DNA of 62,097 nt, filler included, from Acidimicrobiia bacterium (GCA_046759765.1; 6 parts of 6 records of this genome joined end to end with filler, not necessarily neighbours in it), one strand, 5' to 3'. Counted from the whole stretch's first letter, positions 41,072 through 51,302 are shown. Notes: generated by a model from the letters alone, not told the origin. Program-made: numbers and translations.

Positions 41072-41619
41072 AAATACGAAGCTAGCGGGTCGATCCCTGA
41101 AGGGTTGGCTAACTTGGAGGCGGGTCCGGTCCTGGCGGGTTTTCTGTCGGCGATCGACGTTTCCGAGCTGTCGGGTTATGACCTGATTGTGGTTTTGAAG
41201 GCCCATCAGCGGATGGCATCACACCACAGCGCCAAGGTGTATGAGGCGATGGCGGCGGTGTGGGATGGCATGGCTTCCTTGGACGATGATCCGGAGTTCG
41301 CTCCGTCGGCGTCGTCGGCGGAGATCCAGACGGCTTTGCGTTTGACTCGCCGGGCGGCTGATAACGCGCTGGGTCTGGCGTTGGATCTGTTTGAGCGTCT
41401 GCCTCGGGTTTGGGAGGCACTCCGTTGCGGTGACATTGATATGCCCCGGGTGTGGGTGATTCTTCGGGGTACCGATCATCTGCCTGTCGAGACAGCTCGG
41501 GAGGTAGTCGATCAGTTCATTGAGGACGCTGGGCGGCTAACGACGGGGCAGTTGGCGGGCCGGATCCGCCGTCTCTGCGTAGAGGCCGACCCTGAGGAGG
41601 CGGAACAACGCTACGAGAC
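41063..41619 (+). mobile_element. DUF222 (13E12-repeat-like, usually HNH-associated) protein, 3' truncated
   Basis: GPVLAGFLSAID, AEIQTALRLTRRAA, RLPRVWEALRCGDID, LTTGQLAGRIRRL...DP; contig ends within the gene, as expected for a repeat family. Confidence 0.8.
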
Positions 41620-41719
41620 NNNNNNNNNNNNNNNNNNNNNNNNNNNNNNNNNNNNNNNNNNNNTTAATTAATTAANNNNNNNNNNNNNNNNNNNNNNNNN
41701 NNNNNNNNNNNNNNNNNNN
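41620..41719. other. Artificial contig linker
   Basis: N run + TTAATTAATTAA + N run. Confidence 0.99.
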
Positions 41720-41812
41720 GTTAGTCGCCTGCCGACTGCGGAGGTGTCGGTCCCGTCCGTCACCTTTGCACTGGTAATACGACTCAATCACCGAGCACTG
41801 ATAGGTACTTAC

Positions 41813-42193
41813 ATGACCCTGCTCATGACAGTGGCGGTTCTGGTCACTGTTCTCTACGCCGTCAACACCTTGAAGCTCCGGATGGTGGCCCGGGGCCGAC
41901 CCTTGCGAGCTGCTGCGTTTGAAGCTGCCCAGGGATTCATGTATGTGTACGTGATCGTGCGGATCGTCGATAGCACCAACACGATGGGCGGCGCAATCGC
42001 GTACGTGGCCGGTGCCTTCACGGGAACGTTGGCCGCCATGCTTCTTCACCGAAGACACGGAGCGGTACCCGATCACTACCACCTTTGCTGCCCACCATCG
42101 GGCCCTGGCGTGCCGGTGCCGTCACAGGCCAAGCTCCCGCAGCGCCACACCGACCGCAGAGGCCACCAGCAACAGGCCCACACCCCTCCGTAA
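41813..42193 (+). CDS. Small membrane protein, DUF5698/UPF0316-like
   Basis: TLKLRMVARG...AAFE...IAYVAGAFTGT pattern. Confidence 0.6.
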   Translation: MTLLMTVAVLVTVLYAVNTLKLRMVARGRPLRAAAFEAAQGFMYVYVIVRIVDSTNTMGGAIAYVAGAFTGTLAAMLLHRRHGAVPDHYHLCCPPSGPGVPVPSQAKLPQRHTDRRGHQQQAHTPP

Positions 42194-42439
42194 GGACAGA
42201 GGAGACAGTCGGTGGGGCGATGACCCGAGAGGTCACAGAACCGAGGCCAGCGGCCGATGCGGTTACATTGGCACCGACCCCCGCCAACTGGGGGACGACG
42301 CTCGTTCCGATGGCGGAGGGAAGGCCGCCCAAACCGAGTACGAACATTGAGGTGTGGGTGCCGCCCGGCCAACGCGGGGCTGACGTCAGGTTGTACGGGT
42401 CCAGGCGAGGCCGAAGAGAGAGAGACGGGGTCCAGTTGG

Positions 42440-43841
42440 CTAGCCGACTCGGTCGAGGGCTTCCATCATCGAGCGTCTCTCCTCGCTCTCGAGATGAAGC
42501 ATTACCCGGCCTCGGCTCTGCTCCACCTCCTCCCGCACGGAGGGGGCGAGCTGATCGACGGCGGTCAGCATCTCCGCCACGTGCCAGCACCGCTGGGGCA
42601 GTGGACAGGCCGCGATGGTCTGCATCCGGCTGAGCATGAGTGCCAGCCGAGCGTCTTCGGCCATGGCGGATAGGAGCCCCACGGTGATACGAATGGTGGC
42701 GCGCAGCTCGTTTCTCAGGGCGAGCGGCCGAAGCCCCAGGACAAGTGCCGACCCCAAGATCAACAGCCCTGTACCCAGCAGCAATCCCGTGGGGTTGGAC
42801 ACGGGATGCGGATGCATGAACCGTCCCATGAAGATCGTCACGAAGCCGTAGATGAAGCCCAGGACCGACAGGTACAGCCAAAGCTGAGACCCGAAGCGCT
42901 GATTCCGCGTCTCCACACCCTCGAGCAGCGTCCTCTTCCATAGCTCCCTCCCCAGCAGAGAGACTGCCGCCAGCCCCAACACCAGCCCGCCGAGAGGAGC
43001 CAGATCCGCTTTGGGCCGAAACTCGACCAGAGGAGTGCGGCCCATGAAAGCGGCCAGGAACCCGTAGAGGAGCAATGCCAACCCGAGCACCAACAGACCC
43101 CAGCGCACCGGAACCTGCCAGCGCGCTGGCCTTCCCAGAAGTCGGGAACGTCGCGCCAGCATCTTGGCCATGCCCCGGATGGGGATGATCGTCACGATGC
43201 CGAAGAAGGCCATCACGAAACCCCACCAGTTCCACTGGGGGAGCTGCCACGCCTCCTGGAAAGAGAGCATGAGGCCGATACCCGTGAGGATGATGCCCTT
43301 CACGAGCATCACCCCGCCAGGGAGGATCAGATCGGGCCGGAAACTCAATCCCGGCCGAAACTCCAACCCGGGCACATAGCTTCCCTGAGTGGCTGGGAGG
43401 GCCAGCCAGGCGGCGGCCGCCCAGAATCCCACCAGTAGCAGGGCAAGCGTCCAGGCCCGTGCGTCTAGGTCCCAGTCGGCGCGCAGGACCACCGAGATGG
43501 CCACGAACAGGGGCATGAACACGACCCCGCCCACGAAGAGCCGGGGCCGGTAGTGGAGATACCGGGGCCAGCCGGCGAAAGGGAAGAGCATCAGGGTCAC
43601 GACCAGGCTGATCAGCGCCAGCCCAAGGAGAGCCCCGTCACTCCAGGTTATCGTCGCCCCCACCTCCCCCAAGCTGGGACGGGATGCCCGCCACTACCAC
43701 CCAAGCTACGGCGAGGGAGGCGAAAGCGACGACCACCGTCAGGACCGGGCTGATCCGACTGGCCAGCTGGAGCAGGACCCACCAGCCCACCATCAGCGCC
43801 AACACACCAAGGTAAGCCGCCAGAAACCGGAGACCGGCCAT
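42440..43841 (-). CDS. Multi-pass membrane protein with C-terminal 19-aa helical repeats; split into 43638-43841 and 42440-43672 ORFs by a probable +1 frameshift
   Basis: Many hydrophobic segments; ATG 43841 to stop 42440 spans 1402 nt = 3n+1; frames switch near the G-runs at 43676-43683. Confidence 0.65.
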
Positions 43842-43848
43842 CCCGGAC

Positions 43849-44298
43849 TCAGTCCATCAGCCCGGTGGCACGCATCATCGCCCGTACCATCTCCTGCCGG
43901 TCCTCGGGCAGTCCCGAGATCACAGCCTGCATGGTGCGCATCTCCTTGGCGCGAAGCTCCTCGGGGAGCCCTTTGACCGTGTGGGCGTGGCTCTGCATCA
44001 GGGCCATCCGGTCACCCTGGGGCAGCGTCTGGAGCACCGCCAGGCGCGAGGCGGCGATGGTCTGGTACTGGTCGTCTGGCAGCGCCAGCGCCGCATTTAG
44101 CATGCTGCGCATCGCCCGCCGACGCGTTTCCTCGTCCTGGGAGGCGAACACAGCCAGCCGGTCACCCAACATCTCGCGCCGCTGCTCCTCGGGAGCACTC
44201 GCCAGCATCTTCACCATCGGCCCCATCGCGCCGCCTCCAGACTCTCCGGTGGCAGCCGGAGCAACCTCTGGACGTGAAGACCTTCTCAGCCACGACAT
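43849..44298 (-). CDS. Met-rich soluble protein with six 19-residue repeats
   Basis: AAGGAGG RBS; P36/D55/P74/P93/P112/P131 periodicity; 15 Met in 149 aa. Confidence 0.8.
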   Translation of the reverse strand: MSWLRRSSRPEVAPAATGESGGGAMGPMVKMLASAPEEQRREMLGDRLAVFASQDEETRRRAMRSMLNAALALPDDQYQTIAASRLAVLQTLPQGDRMALMQSHAHTVKGLPEELRAKEMRTMQAVISGLPEDRQEMVRAMMRATGLMD

Positions 44299-44669
44299 AT
44301 CAAACCTCCTTCTCGTGGCCCTCCTTTGGTCGATGTCCGGATGCGAAGGTGTCGCCTGAAATGGGGAATGGTCGCCCTTGCGTCAGTCTGCGGTATCTCC
44401 TACAGCAGTCTTTGGGCGTGATCCCACCCGGTCACGCGGATGAACCTCAGCGCCGATCAGATCGGACTGAGGACGGCGTGTGGCTACGGATCGAGCGACA
44501 GTCCCTCCGGACTTGGCGGCTCGAATCAGCTCACGTTCCATCGACGCAGGCGAGGAGGGCGGGGCCGGCTACCTGCCCGCCCGTATGTCGTCTGCGCCAC
44601 TAGGTCCGGTTGCCGAGCCCGGCGAGAGCTCCGGGGTTTACAGCGGTTTGTCTCTCAGATAGTTCTGGC

Positions 44670-45068
44670 TTAGGACCCGGCCGTCGTTGGGACCGTGGCT
44701 TTAGTCAGTGCGAAGCCACCACCGATCAGTGCTCCCACGATGTTGAAGGCGAAACCGAATACCGCCATCGGCCACATGTCCGACAGACCCAGCCCCCGGA
44801 TACCACCGAGGCCCAAATAGATGAGCAATCCGCAAACGACTCCGACCACGGCCCCGCCGATGATGGCGGAGCTGTAGTTGCCCCCTAGCTCGACGACCTT
44901 GTATCCGGTCCAGACGCCGAACGCGACGATCACGGGCGTAAGAGCCGCCGCTGTGAGCATGTCGACCACCCCGTCCACATAGCTCACGATGAGAACCACG
45001 ACATCCGCCACCACCCAACTCAGGATGGGCCACTTGACCGCGTCCCAGAATGCTGTTGTCGACACCAT
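44670..45068 (-). CDS. Hypothetical four-TM membrane protein
   Basis: GAGGAGG RBS; hydrophobic Gly-rich helices. Confidence 0.7.
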   Translation of the reverse strand: MVSTTAFWDAVKWPILSWVVADVVVLIVSYVDGVVDMLTAAALTPVIVAFGVWTGYKVVELGGNYSSAIIGGAVVGVVCGLLIYLGLGGIRGLGLSDMWPMAVFGFAFNIVGALIGGGFALTKATVPTTAGS

Positions 45069-45320
45069 TTCCTCCTCTGACTTGGCCGTCCGGGGCAGCC
45101 CCCAGCCGTCCTCCCGACACGGGCCCGTCCCCGATAGCTCCCCTGAACGGCACTTTTATACATTTGAGAATACCAATATGAAGATCCTCATGAAGGTGAA
45201 AGGTCGCCTTGGATGACTGCTCTTGCGCGCCAGGAGCATGGGTTTAAGAAGATCTGTTCTATTGGCATTGTTGGGCAGATTGGCCGGGCAGGCTTCCACA
45301 GATGACCGGGGGGCGGATGC

Positions 45321-46688
45321 CTACTCGGCCATGGTCGGATGGTGAACCCCTCCGGCAGCCGAGTTGACTGCTTCGGCCAGCGTCGGATGGATGTGGATCG
45401 CTCCTCGGACCGTATCGACCTTGAGGCCGCCCGCGGCAGCCACCACCAGTTCGTGAATCAGGTTGCCGGCGTCAGGACCGACGATGGTGGCACCCAGGAT
45501 CTCCCGGTCCGGTCCGGCGACGATCTTGACGAAGCCGTCCGTCTCGCCAATGGCCCGGGCCTTGGCCACACCGCGGAACCGCTCCGTGCCGACCGCCACA
45601 CGGTCGCCATGGAGCTCGCGGGCTTGCGACTCGCCCAGCCCAAAGGATGCGACCTCAGGGTCCGTGAAGACGGCGTGCGGCACCAACCGGTGCTCCCAGC
45701 TGACGTCCCTGCCGCGGTAAACATGCTGGTAAACGAGGAAGGCATCGTCGCGGGCCGAATGCGTGAACATCGGAGGCCCGATGGCGTCCCCGATCGCATA
45801 GATTCCCGCCTGCGACGTCGAGTAGTTCCCATCGACCTGGATGAAACCTCGGTCGTCCACCTCGATGCCGGCAGCCGCGACGTCGAGGGAGTCGCTGTTG
45901 GGTGTCCGGCCGGTGGCGATGAGAAGATGCGAGCCTCGCATCTGGTCTTCGCCGACCCAAACAACAACCCCATCCTCTGATCGTTCGATCTTCTCAGGCG
46001 AGGAGTTGATGCGAACCGCGATGCCCTCACGCTCGAACGCCTGATGCACCACTTGGGAGACCTCAGAGTCCTCGGCGGGCAACAGGCGATCGGCCCGCTG
46101 GATCAGGGTCACCTGGGCATCGAAGCGGCGGAACATCTGAGCGAACTCGCACCCGACATAGCCGCCCCCTATGACGATCAGATGGTCCGGGAGCTCGCGC
46201 AGATCGAGGGCAGAGGTGCTGTCCAGCCTCGGCACCTGGTCAAGACCGGGGATTGCAGGAACGGAGGGGCGCGCTCCGTTGTTGATTATCACCCGCTCGG
46301 TCTCCCACCGGGATCCGTTGACGGCAACCTCGCGTGGGCTCAGGAACCGGGCCCAACCCTCCACGAGCTCCAGGTCCTCGGCTCGTTCGATCGCGCGATA
46401 GGAAGGGTCACGCACCGAACGGACTACTCCGTCCTTACGGTCGACCACCTCACCGAGATCAACTCGGACGTCGCCGACGTGTACCCCGAAGTCAGCGGAC
46501 CGCCGAGCCAGGTGGGCAACTTTGGCCGAGTGGAGCATCGTCTTGGTGGGTATACAGCCCCGGTTGAGACATGTGCCTCCCACCTGGTCGGGCTCGATGA
46601 GAACTGTGGGTCCGTTTCTCGCCGCTCGGAGCGCCATCGGGATACCGGCCATGCCAGCGCCTACCACGATCGTGTCAACCTTGGTCAC
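45321..46688 (-). CDS. Pyridine nucleotide-disulfide oxidoreductase (dihydrolipoamide dehydrogenase/MerA-like family, no C-terminal CC)
   Basis: VVGAGMAG, GGTCLNRGCIPTK, IGGGYVG, HIHPTLAE. Confidence 0.9.
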   Translation of the reverse strand: MTKVDTIVVGAGMAGIPMALRAARNGPTVLIEPDQVGGTCLNRGCIPTKTMLHSAKVAHLARRSADFGVHVGDVRVDLGEVVDRKDGVVRSVRDPSYRAIERAEDLELVEGWARFLSPREVAVNGSRWETERVIINNGARPSVPAIPGLDQVPRLDSTSALDLRELPDHLIVIGGGYVGCEFAQMFRRFDAQVTLIQRADRLLPAEDSEVSQVVHQAFEREGIAVRINSSPEKIERSEDGVVVWVGEDQMRGSHLLIATGRTPNSDSLDVAAAGIEVDDRGFIQVDGNYSTSQAGIYAIGDAIGPPMFTHSARDDAFLVYQHVYRGRDVSWEHRLVPHAVFTDPEVASFGLGESQARELHGDRVAVGTERFRGVAKARAIGETDGFVKIVAGPDREILGATIVGPDAGNLIHELVVAAAGGLKVDTVRGAIHIHPTLAEAVNSAAGGVHHPTMAE

Positions 46689-46747
46689 ATCGGTTCCTTT
46701 CGTTCGCCACCGTGGCTGAGGGAGCCTCGATTGCCCTGAGGCAGTAC

Positions 46748-47614
46748 CTAGCCGATCGGTTCTCTCTCGCGGTCGGCCGACCCTCGTTTTGCCCTTCGAA
46801 CCTCGAACACAGCCGCGAGACCAACCACGGCCAAGATGCCCAGCAGCCACACCAGAGGACGCCCGCCGATCTGAGCCGAGAACCATGCCGAGATCCGCTC
46901 GACGAAGAGAGCGGGACTCCGCAGAGGCGAGTTGAGATCGCCCGTGGGAGAGGCCAGGCTGCTGGCCCAGTAGTAGACGATGTAGAGGCCGGAGAGTACG
47001 AGCAGCCATCCGCCGATTCGTTCCACGTACGGAGTGACTCTCCGTAGTCGGAGCACGACGGCGTCGCGCGATGAGGCGAGGGCCACTGCGATCCCCATTA
47101 GGACCACGCCCATTCCAAGTCCGTACGAAACGAACAGGCCTCCTCCGGCCGCGAGGTTGGGTGCGGCTAGGGCGGCCGAGGACACGGCCAAAAAGATGGG
47201 CAGTGTGCAGGAGATGGAAGCGACCCCGAAGGCGACCCCAAAGGCGAGCGATCCCTGCGGGGACCCGTTCCTAGCGAAGCGGATCTGCAATGCCCGCAAG
47301 CCGATGTGTCGACCTGCAAGCACCGCTGTGCCCGCAAGGACCAGGCTGATGCCGACAATGATCGCGAGCCAGGGGATGAAGTCGAGGATCTGATAGGTGA
47401 CCGCGGTTACGGCTATGCCGAGCACGCTGAAGACCACTAGGAAGCCAACGGTGACCCACGCGCCGATGCTGAGACCTTGACGAAGGGGCGATACGCCGTC
47501 TGGTCGCTGCATCAGGAGCATGGAGACGTAGGCCGGGACCATGGCGAAACCGCAGGGGTTGAAGGTCGCCACCATGCCCGCCGTGAAGGCAAATACCAGC
47601 GGTACGCCGACCAT
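46748..47614 (-). CDS. ccdA: Cytochrome c biogenesis CcdA family protein
   Basis: AGMVATFNPCGFAMVP and ASISCTLPIF cysteine motifs, SYGLGM. Confidence 0.85.
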   Translation of the reverse strand: MVGVPLVFAFTAGMVATFNPCGFAMVPAYVSMLLMQRPDGVSPLRQGLSIGAWVTVGFLVVFSVLGIAVTAVTYQILDFIPWLAIIVGISLVLAGTAVLAGRHIGLRALQIRFARNGSPQGSLAFGVAFGVASISCTLPIFLAVSSAALAAPNLAAGGGLFVSYGLGMGVVLMGIAVALASSRDAVVLRLRRVTPYVERIGGWLLVLSGLYIVYYWASSLASPTGDLNSPLRSPALFVERISAWFSAQIGGRPLVWLLGILAVVGLAAVFEVRRAKRGSADREREPIG

Positions 47615-47615
47615 T

Positions 47616-48287
47616 TCAGGCGTTGAAGTAGTCGACCACTCGCTCCTCCAACCAATCCTCAGTCAACGGTCCTGAAAAGACTTCGATTATCACACCGCCG
47701 CCTGAGATGAAGATGGTCGTGGGCATCGTGAAGCCGCCGAATGCCCGGTAGGCCGTCCCGTCCAGATCGCGGACCAGCGGGTAGGTGACCCCGGTGAGCT
47801 CAATGATCTCGGACGCGTAAGGGTCAGGACCGAGGTTGATACCGAGGAACTCCACGGTCTCGCGATGCCGCTGATAAACGGCTTCGAATCCGGGCATCTC
47901 GGCATAGCAGAACGGACAGTCCGACGCCCAGAAGTTGACTACGAGACCCCGCCCGAAGAAGTCAGACAGATTCACCGTGCTGCCTTCGAAGGTGAGGAGT
48001 GCCACCGCAGGGGCGGGCGGGCCTTCCGCAACGGCAGATTGGCTTGCGGGCTCGCCTGACGTGGCGCTCTCAGCTCCGAGATCCTCTGCCGGGTTGGGCT
48101 CCACTTTCCCGGTAGAGGCTGCCGCCTCGGCTGTAGTGGGCGACAGCACGGCATCCATCCGGGAGGCCCGGAGAAGAAAGATTCCCAGACCTGCTAGGGC
48201 CACCAGTCCCACCATGCCGGCGATTAGAACCCCTCCTCTTAGCTGCGGCTCGTGTGACCGGCTTTTCGGTTCGGTCGCTTTGCTCAT
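47616..48287 (-). CDS. Membrane-anchored TlpA/redoxin family thiol-disulfide oxidoreductase
   Basis: VVNFWASDCPFCYAEMP, MPTTIFI. Confidence 0.9.
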   Translation of the reverse strand: MSKATEPKSRSHEPQLRGGVLIAGMVGLVALAGLGIFLLRASRMDAVLSPTTAEAAASTGKVEPNPAEDLGAESATSGEPASQSAVAEGPPAPAVALLTFEGSTVNLSDFFGRGLVVNFWASDCPFCYAEMPGFEAVYQRHRETVEFLGINLGPDPYASEIIELTGVTYPLVRDLDGTAYRAFGGFTMPTTIFISGGGVIIEVFSGPLTEDWLEERVVDYFNA

Positions 48288-48550
48288 GGAACCTGCTCTC
48301 CCCAGTGGGCATGTTCTTGCATGTCAAGGCAGTCGCATTCGTGCGTCCGCCGGCGCCAATATCGAACCAACCCGAAGGCGACTCCTACTCCAAGGGGAAC
48401 GAGGAGCCATGGGCTCACCAAGACACCGAATAGAGAGCTTGCGCCCAGGGTGGCAAGCAATACAGGACCGGCGCAACACACCCCAACCATCACGGCTCCG
48501 GCTACTAGGAAGCCGGCAGTGTCCGAGGAGGAATTGGTGCGTTCAGCCAT
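48284..48550 (-). CDS. MerT/MerF-like small mercury transport membrane protein
   Basis: VGVCCAGPVLL vicinal Cys in TM1, second TM, C-terminal HECDC; near merA. Confidence 0.6.
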   Translation of the reverse strand: MAERTNSSSDTAGFLVAGAVMVGVCCAGPVLLATLGASSLFGVLVSPWLLVPLGVGVAFGLVRYWRRRTHECDCLDMQEHAHWGEQVP

Positions 48551-48599
48551 CGAGTCGAGTAGACAAGCCAGGCTACCCTAGCATCGGAATTAACCAATA

Positions 48600-49217
48600 A
48601 TGGGGCCTGTTGATTCGACTGTGGAGTACGCAGACGTAACGGACGAGCAGCTGGCCGCGCGAGTACGCCTTGGCGATCAGGTCTGGTTAGAGGAGTTGAT
48701 CCGGCGCTTCGACAGTCGCATCCGCAAGTGCGCTCACCGCATGGTTTCGCCCGATGAGGTGGAGGACGCCGTGCAGGAGATCGGACTTCGGATCACACGG
48801 AGCGTGACCGGGTACCAGGGCAAATCCTCCCTCAACACCTGGATCTATTCCGTAGCGCGCCATACCTGCGTGGACGTTCGTCGCCGACGTCGCGTAACCT
48901 ATCCGCTCAAGGCGGACGTCGCCGAACGATCGGCTTACGCCGATCCGGAAAGGTCGCTGGACGTTGCAGTGATCGCCTGTCGGACCGCCAAGGCGCTGGC
49001 GGCGCTGCCGCCGGGTCAGCGAGAAGTGGTGCTACTTCGGCTGGGAGCCGGACTGTCCACCGAAGAGACCGCGCAGCGGCTAGGCACCACCTCCGACGCA
49101 GTGAAAGCACGGCTTCGGAGGGCCCGAAAACGATTGCGTCAGGACCTCGATCAGGTAATCCAATGCCCCGAGTGCGGGCCAGGGGCGCTGTCCTTACAGA
49201 GCCTTCGCGCCGGCTGA
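48600..49217 (+). CDS. ECF RNA polymerase sigma factor with C-terminal CxxC
   Basis: EDAVQE, SSLNTWIYSVARH, LPPGQREVVLLR, VKARLRRAR, CPECG. Confidence 0.9.
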   Translation: MGPVDSTVEYADVTDEQLAARVRLGDQVWLEELIRRFDSRIRKCAHRMVSPDEVEDAVQEIGLRITRSVTGYQGKSSLNTWIYSVARHTCVDVRRRRRVTYPLKADVAERSAYADPERSLDVAVIACRTAKALAALPPGQREVVLLRLGAGLSTEETAQRLGTTSDAVKARLRRARKRLRQDLDQVIQCPECGPGALSLQSLRAG

Positions 49218-49256
49218 TCTATCATGGGCCTGATCAAATAGAAGACGGGAGTTCGC

Positions 49257-49610
49257 GTGGCAGGCCGCCCCTCAATCATCGAACCAGAGCCGATTACCCT
49301 TCCCGACTCGGAACTCGTTGCCAAGCTATTTCGAGCGCTGGGCGACGGCACCAGGCTGCACATCGTCGAGCTACTCCTCGAAGGGCCCCTTTATCAGAAG
49401 GAGATAGTCAACGAGGTCGGCCTGTCCCAGGGGCAGGTATCTCAGCATCTGGCCTGCCTCGTATGGTGCGGGTTCATCGAAGCCGAAAGGCGAGGTCGCC
49501 GAGTGTCGTATCGGGTCGCCAACCCGCGAGTGGTAGCTCTGGTCGATCTTGCCAGGGCCTTTTTGGAAGGGAACGAGGCAGACATCGCCGCCTGCCGCCG
49601 GATCCACTAA
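49257..49610 (+). CDS. ArsR/SmtB family metalloregulator (CmtR-like)
   Basis: FRALGDGTRL, VSQHLACLVWCGF, C-terminal AACRRI. Confidence 0.9.
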   Translation: MAGRPSIIEPEPITLPDSELVAKLFRALGDGTRLHIVELLLEGPLYQKEIVNEVGLSQGQVSQHLACLVWCGFIEAERRGRRVSYRVANPRVVALVDLARAFLEGNEADIAACRRIH

Positions 49611-49667
49611 CCTGGAATATCGTATCAATCCAATACGTTAGGTCTGTCACTAGCTAGGAGTTGCGCG

Positions 49668-51302
49668 ATGCCGGACCGAGTCGACCTGACTATCGAAGGG
49701 ATGCATTGTGACGGCTGTGAGATCACTGTGTCCACAGCACTGGAACGCGTCGGACTGACAGACGTTGAGGTCGACTGGCGCCGAGGAAAAGTGTCTGGCA
49801 AACCCTCCTCCGACTTTACGTTCGATGATGCGGTCGCCTCCATCGATCAGGTGGGGTATCGCCTTGTCGAGGAGAAAGCCGCCGCGCTGAGCGAGACGTC
49901 GGTAGAGGCTGACTACGACCTGCTCGTCATCGGTGCGGGATCTGCAGCCTTCGCAGCGGCGATCAAGGCCCGGGACCTCGGAGCCCATGTTGCGCTGATC
50001 GAGCGCCACACCGTGGGGGGCACGTGCGTCAACGTCGGATGCGTACCCTCCAAAGCGGTGTTGCGGCCCTCTGAGATCTACTGGGCAGCCGCCCATCATC
50101 CGTTCACCGGCATCAGCACCAGGGCCGACTCGGTGGACATGAAGAACCTCGTCGCCCAGAAGGACGAGCTGGTCGAGCTGCTCCGCAAGGAGAAGTACAC
50201 GGACCTGGCCGACCACTACGAATTCGACATCATTCACTGTCAGGCACGATTCACCGGTCCGGACACGATCGACATCGACGGAAAGCCGACGACAGCCGGG
50301 CAGTTTCTGATCGCGACGGGGGCGGAGCCGTGGGTGCCCCCGATTGACGGACTAGAGGGTATCGAATACCTGACCTCCACCACCGCCCTAGATATGACGG
50401 AGCTTCCGGAAGAGCTGATCGTGGTCGGCGCCAACGCTATCGGCCTTGAGCTAGGGCAGTATTTCCTCAACCTCGGCTCCCGGGTGACGTTCATCGAGGT
50501 CTTGGAAAGGATCGCGCCATTTGAGGAGGATGAGATCTCCGAGACTCTCCACGCACACCTCGAGGCACAGGGAGCGCGGATTCTCGCCGGTGCAACTGTC
50601 GAGTCTGTTGGAAGTGAGAACGGCCGAGTGTGGCTCGAGGTCGAAAACGGCGGAATAGTTGAGCGCATCGCCGCCGACCGGCTCCTGATGGCGACCGGCC
50701 GCCGGGCCCAGACCGAAGGATTGGGACTTGCCGAAGCCGGGGTCGAGACGGACCAACGGGGCCATGTCGTGGTGGATTCGCAGATGCGGACGAGCAATCC
50801 GAGGATCTGGGCGGCGGGGGACGTCACGAGTCATCCGCAGTTCGTCTATGTGGCGGCTTTGGGAGGAAGCATCGCGGCCGAGAACGCCCTTCGCGGCGCG
50901 GGTCGGGAGATCGACTTCCGGACCATGCCTCGAGTGACGTTCACTTCACCTTCGGTCGCCTCAGTCGGACTGACCGAGCAGGAGGCCCGTGAAGCGGGGC
51001 GCCCGGTCGTCACTTCCGTCCTGCCATTGAAAGTCGTACCCCGGGCTCTGGTCAACCGAGAGACCACGGGTCTCATCAAGATGGTGGCGGATGAGTCCAC
51101 CGGCGAACTGTTGGGAGTTCACATACTTGCTGAGGGCGCCGGGGATGTGATCCAGGCAGCCGTTATGGCGCTCAAATACCGGGCGACGGTGGACGAGGTC
51201 GCCGAGACGTACCACCCGTACCTCACGATGGCCGAGGGGTTGAAGCTGGCTGCCCAGGCGTTCCAGAAGGACGTCGAGTACCTGTCCTGCTGCGCCTCAT
51301 GA
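49668..51302 (+). CDS. merA: Mercuric reductase with N-terminal HMA (NmerA) domain
   Basis: GMHCDGC, GGTCVNVGCVPSK, YHPYLTMAEGLKLAAQAF, C-terminal LSCCA. Confidence 0.96.
   Translation: MPDRVDLTIEGMHCDGCEITVSTALERVGLTDVEVDWRRGKVSGKPSSDFTFDDAVASIDQVGYRLVEEKAAALSETSVEADYDLLVIGAGSAAFAAAIKARDLGAHVALIERHTVGGTCVNVGCVPSKAVLRPSEIYWAAAHHPFTGISTRADSVDMKNLVAQKDELVELLRKEKYTDLADHYEFDIIHCQARFTGPDTIDIDGKPTTAGQFLIATGAEPWVPPIDGLEGIEYLTSTTALDMTELPEELIVVGANAIGLELGQYFLNLGSRVTFIEVLERIAPFEEDEISETLHAHLEAQGARILAGATVESVGSENGRVWLEVENGGIVERIAADRLLMATGRRAQTEGLGLAEAGVETDQRGHVVVDSQMRTSNPRIWAAGDVTSHPQFVYVAALGGSIAAENALRGAGREIDFRTMPRVTFTSPSVASVGLTEQEAREAGRPVVTSVLPLKVVPRALVNRETTGLIKMVADESTGELLGVHILAEGAGDVIQAAVMALKYRATVDEVAETYHPYLTMAEGLKLAAQAFQKDVEYLSCCAS

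Noticed and set aside
41775..41786. TAATACGACTCA, identical to the first 12 nt of the T7 promoter
   Set aside because: Lacks CTATAG and any phage or vector context; likely chance
45069..45320. AT-richer intergenic region with GC stems, considered as a riboswitch
   Set aside because: No riboswitch consensus recognisable by eye; would need an Rfam scan
45321..46688. Second merA copy
   Set aside because: No C-terminal CC pair or HPY motif; ends in HPTLAE like other disulfide reductases
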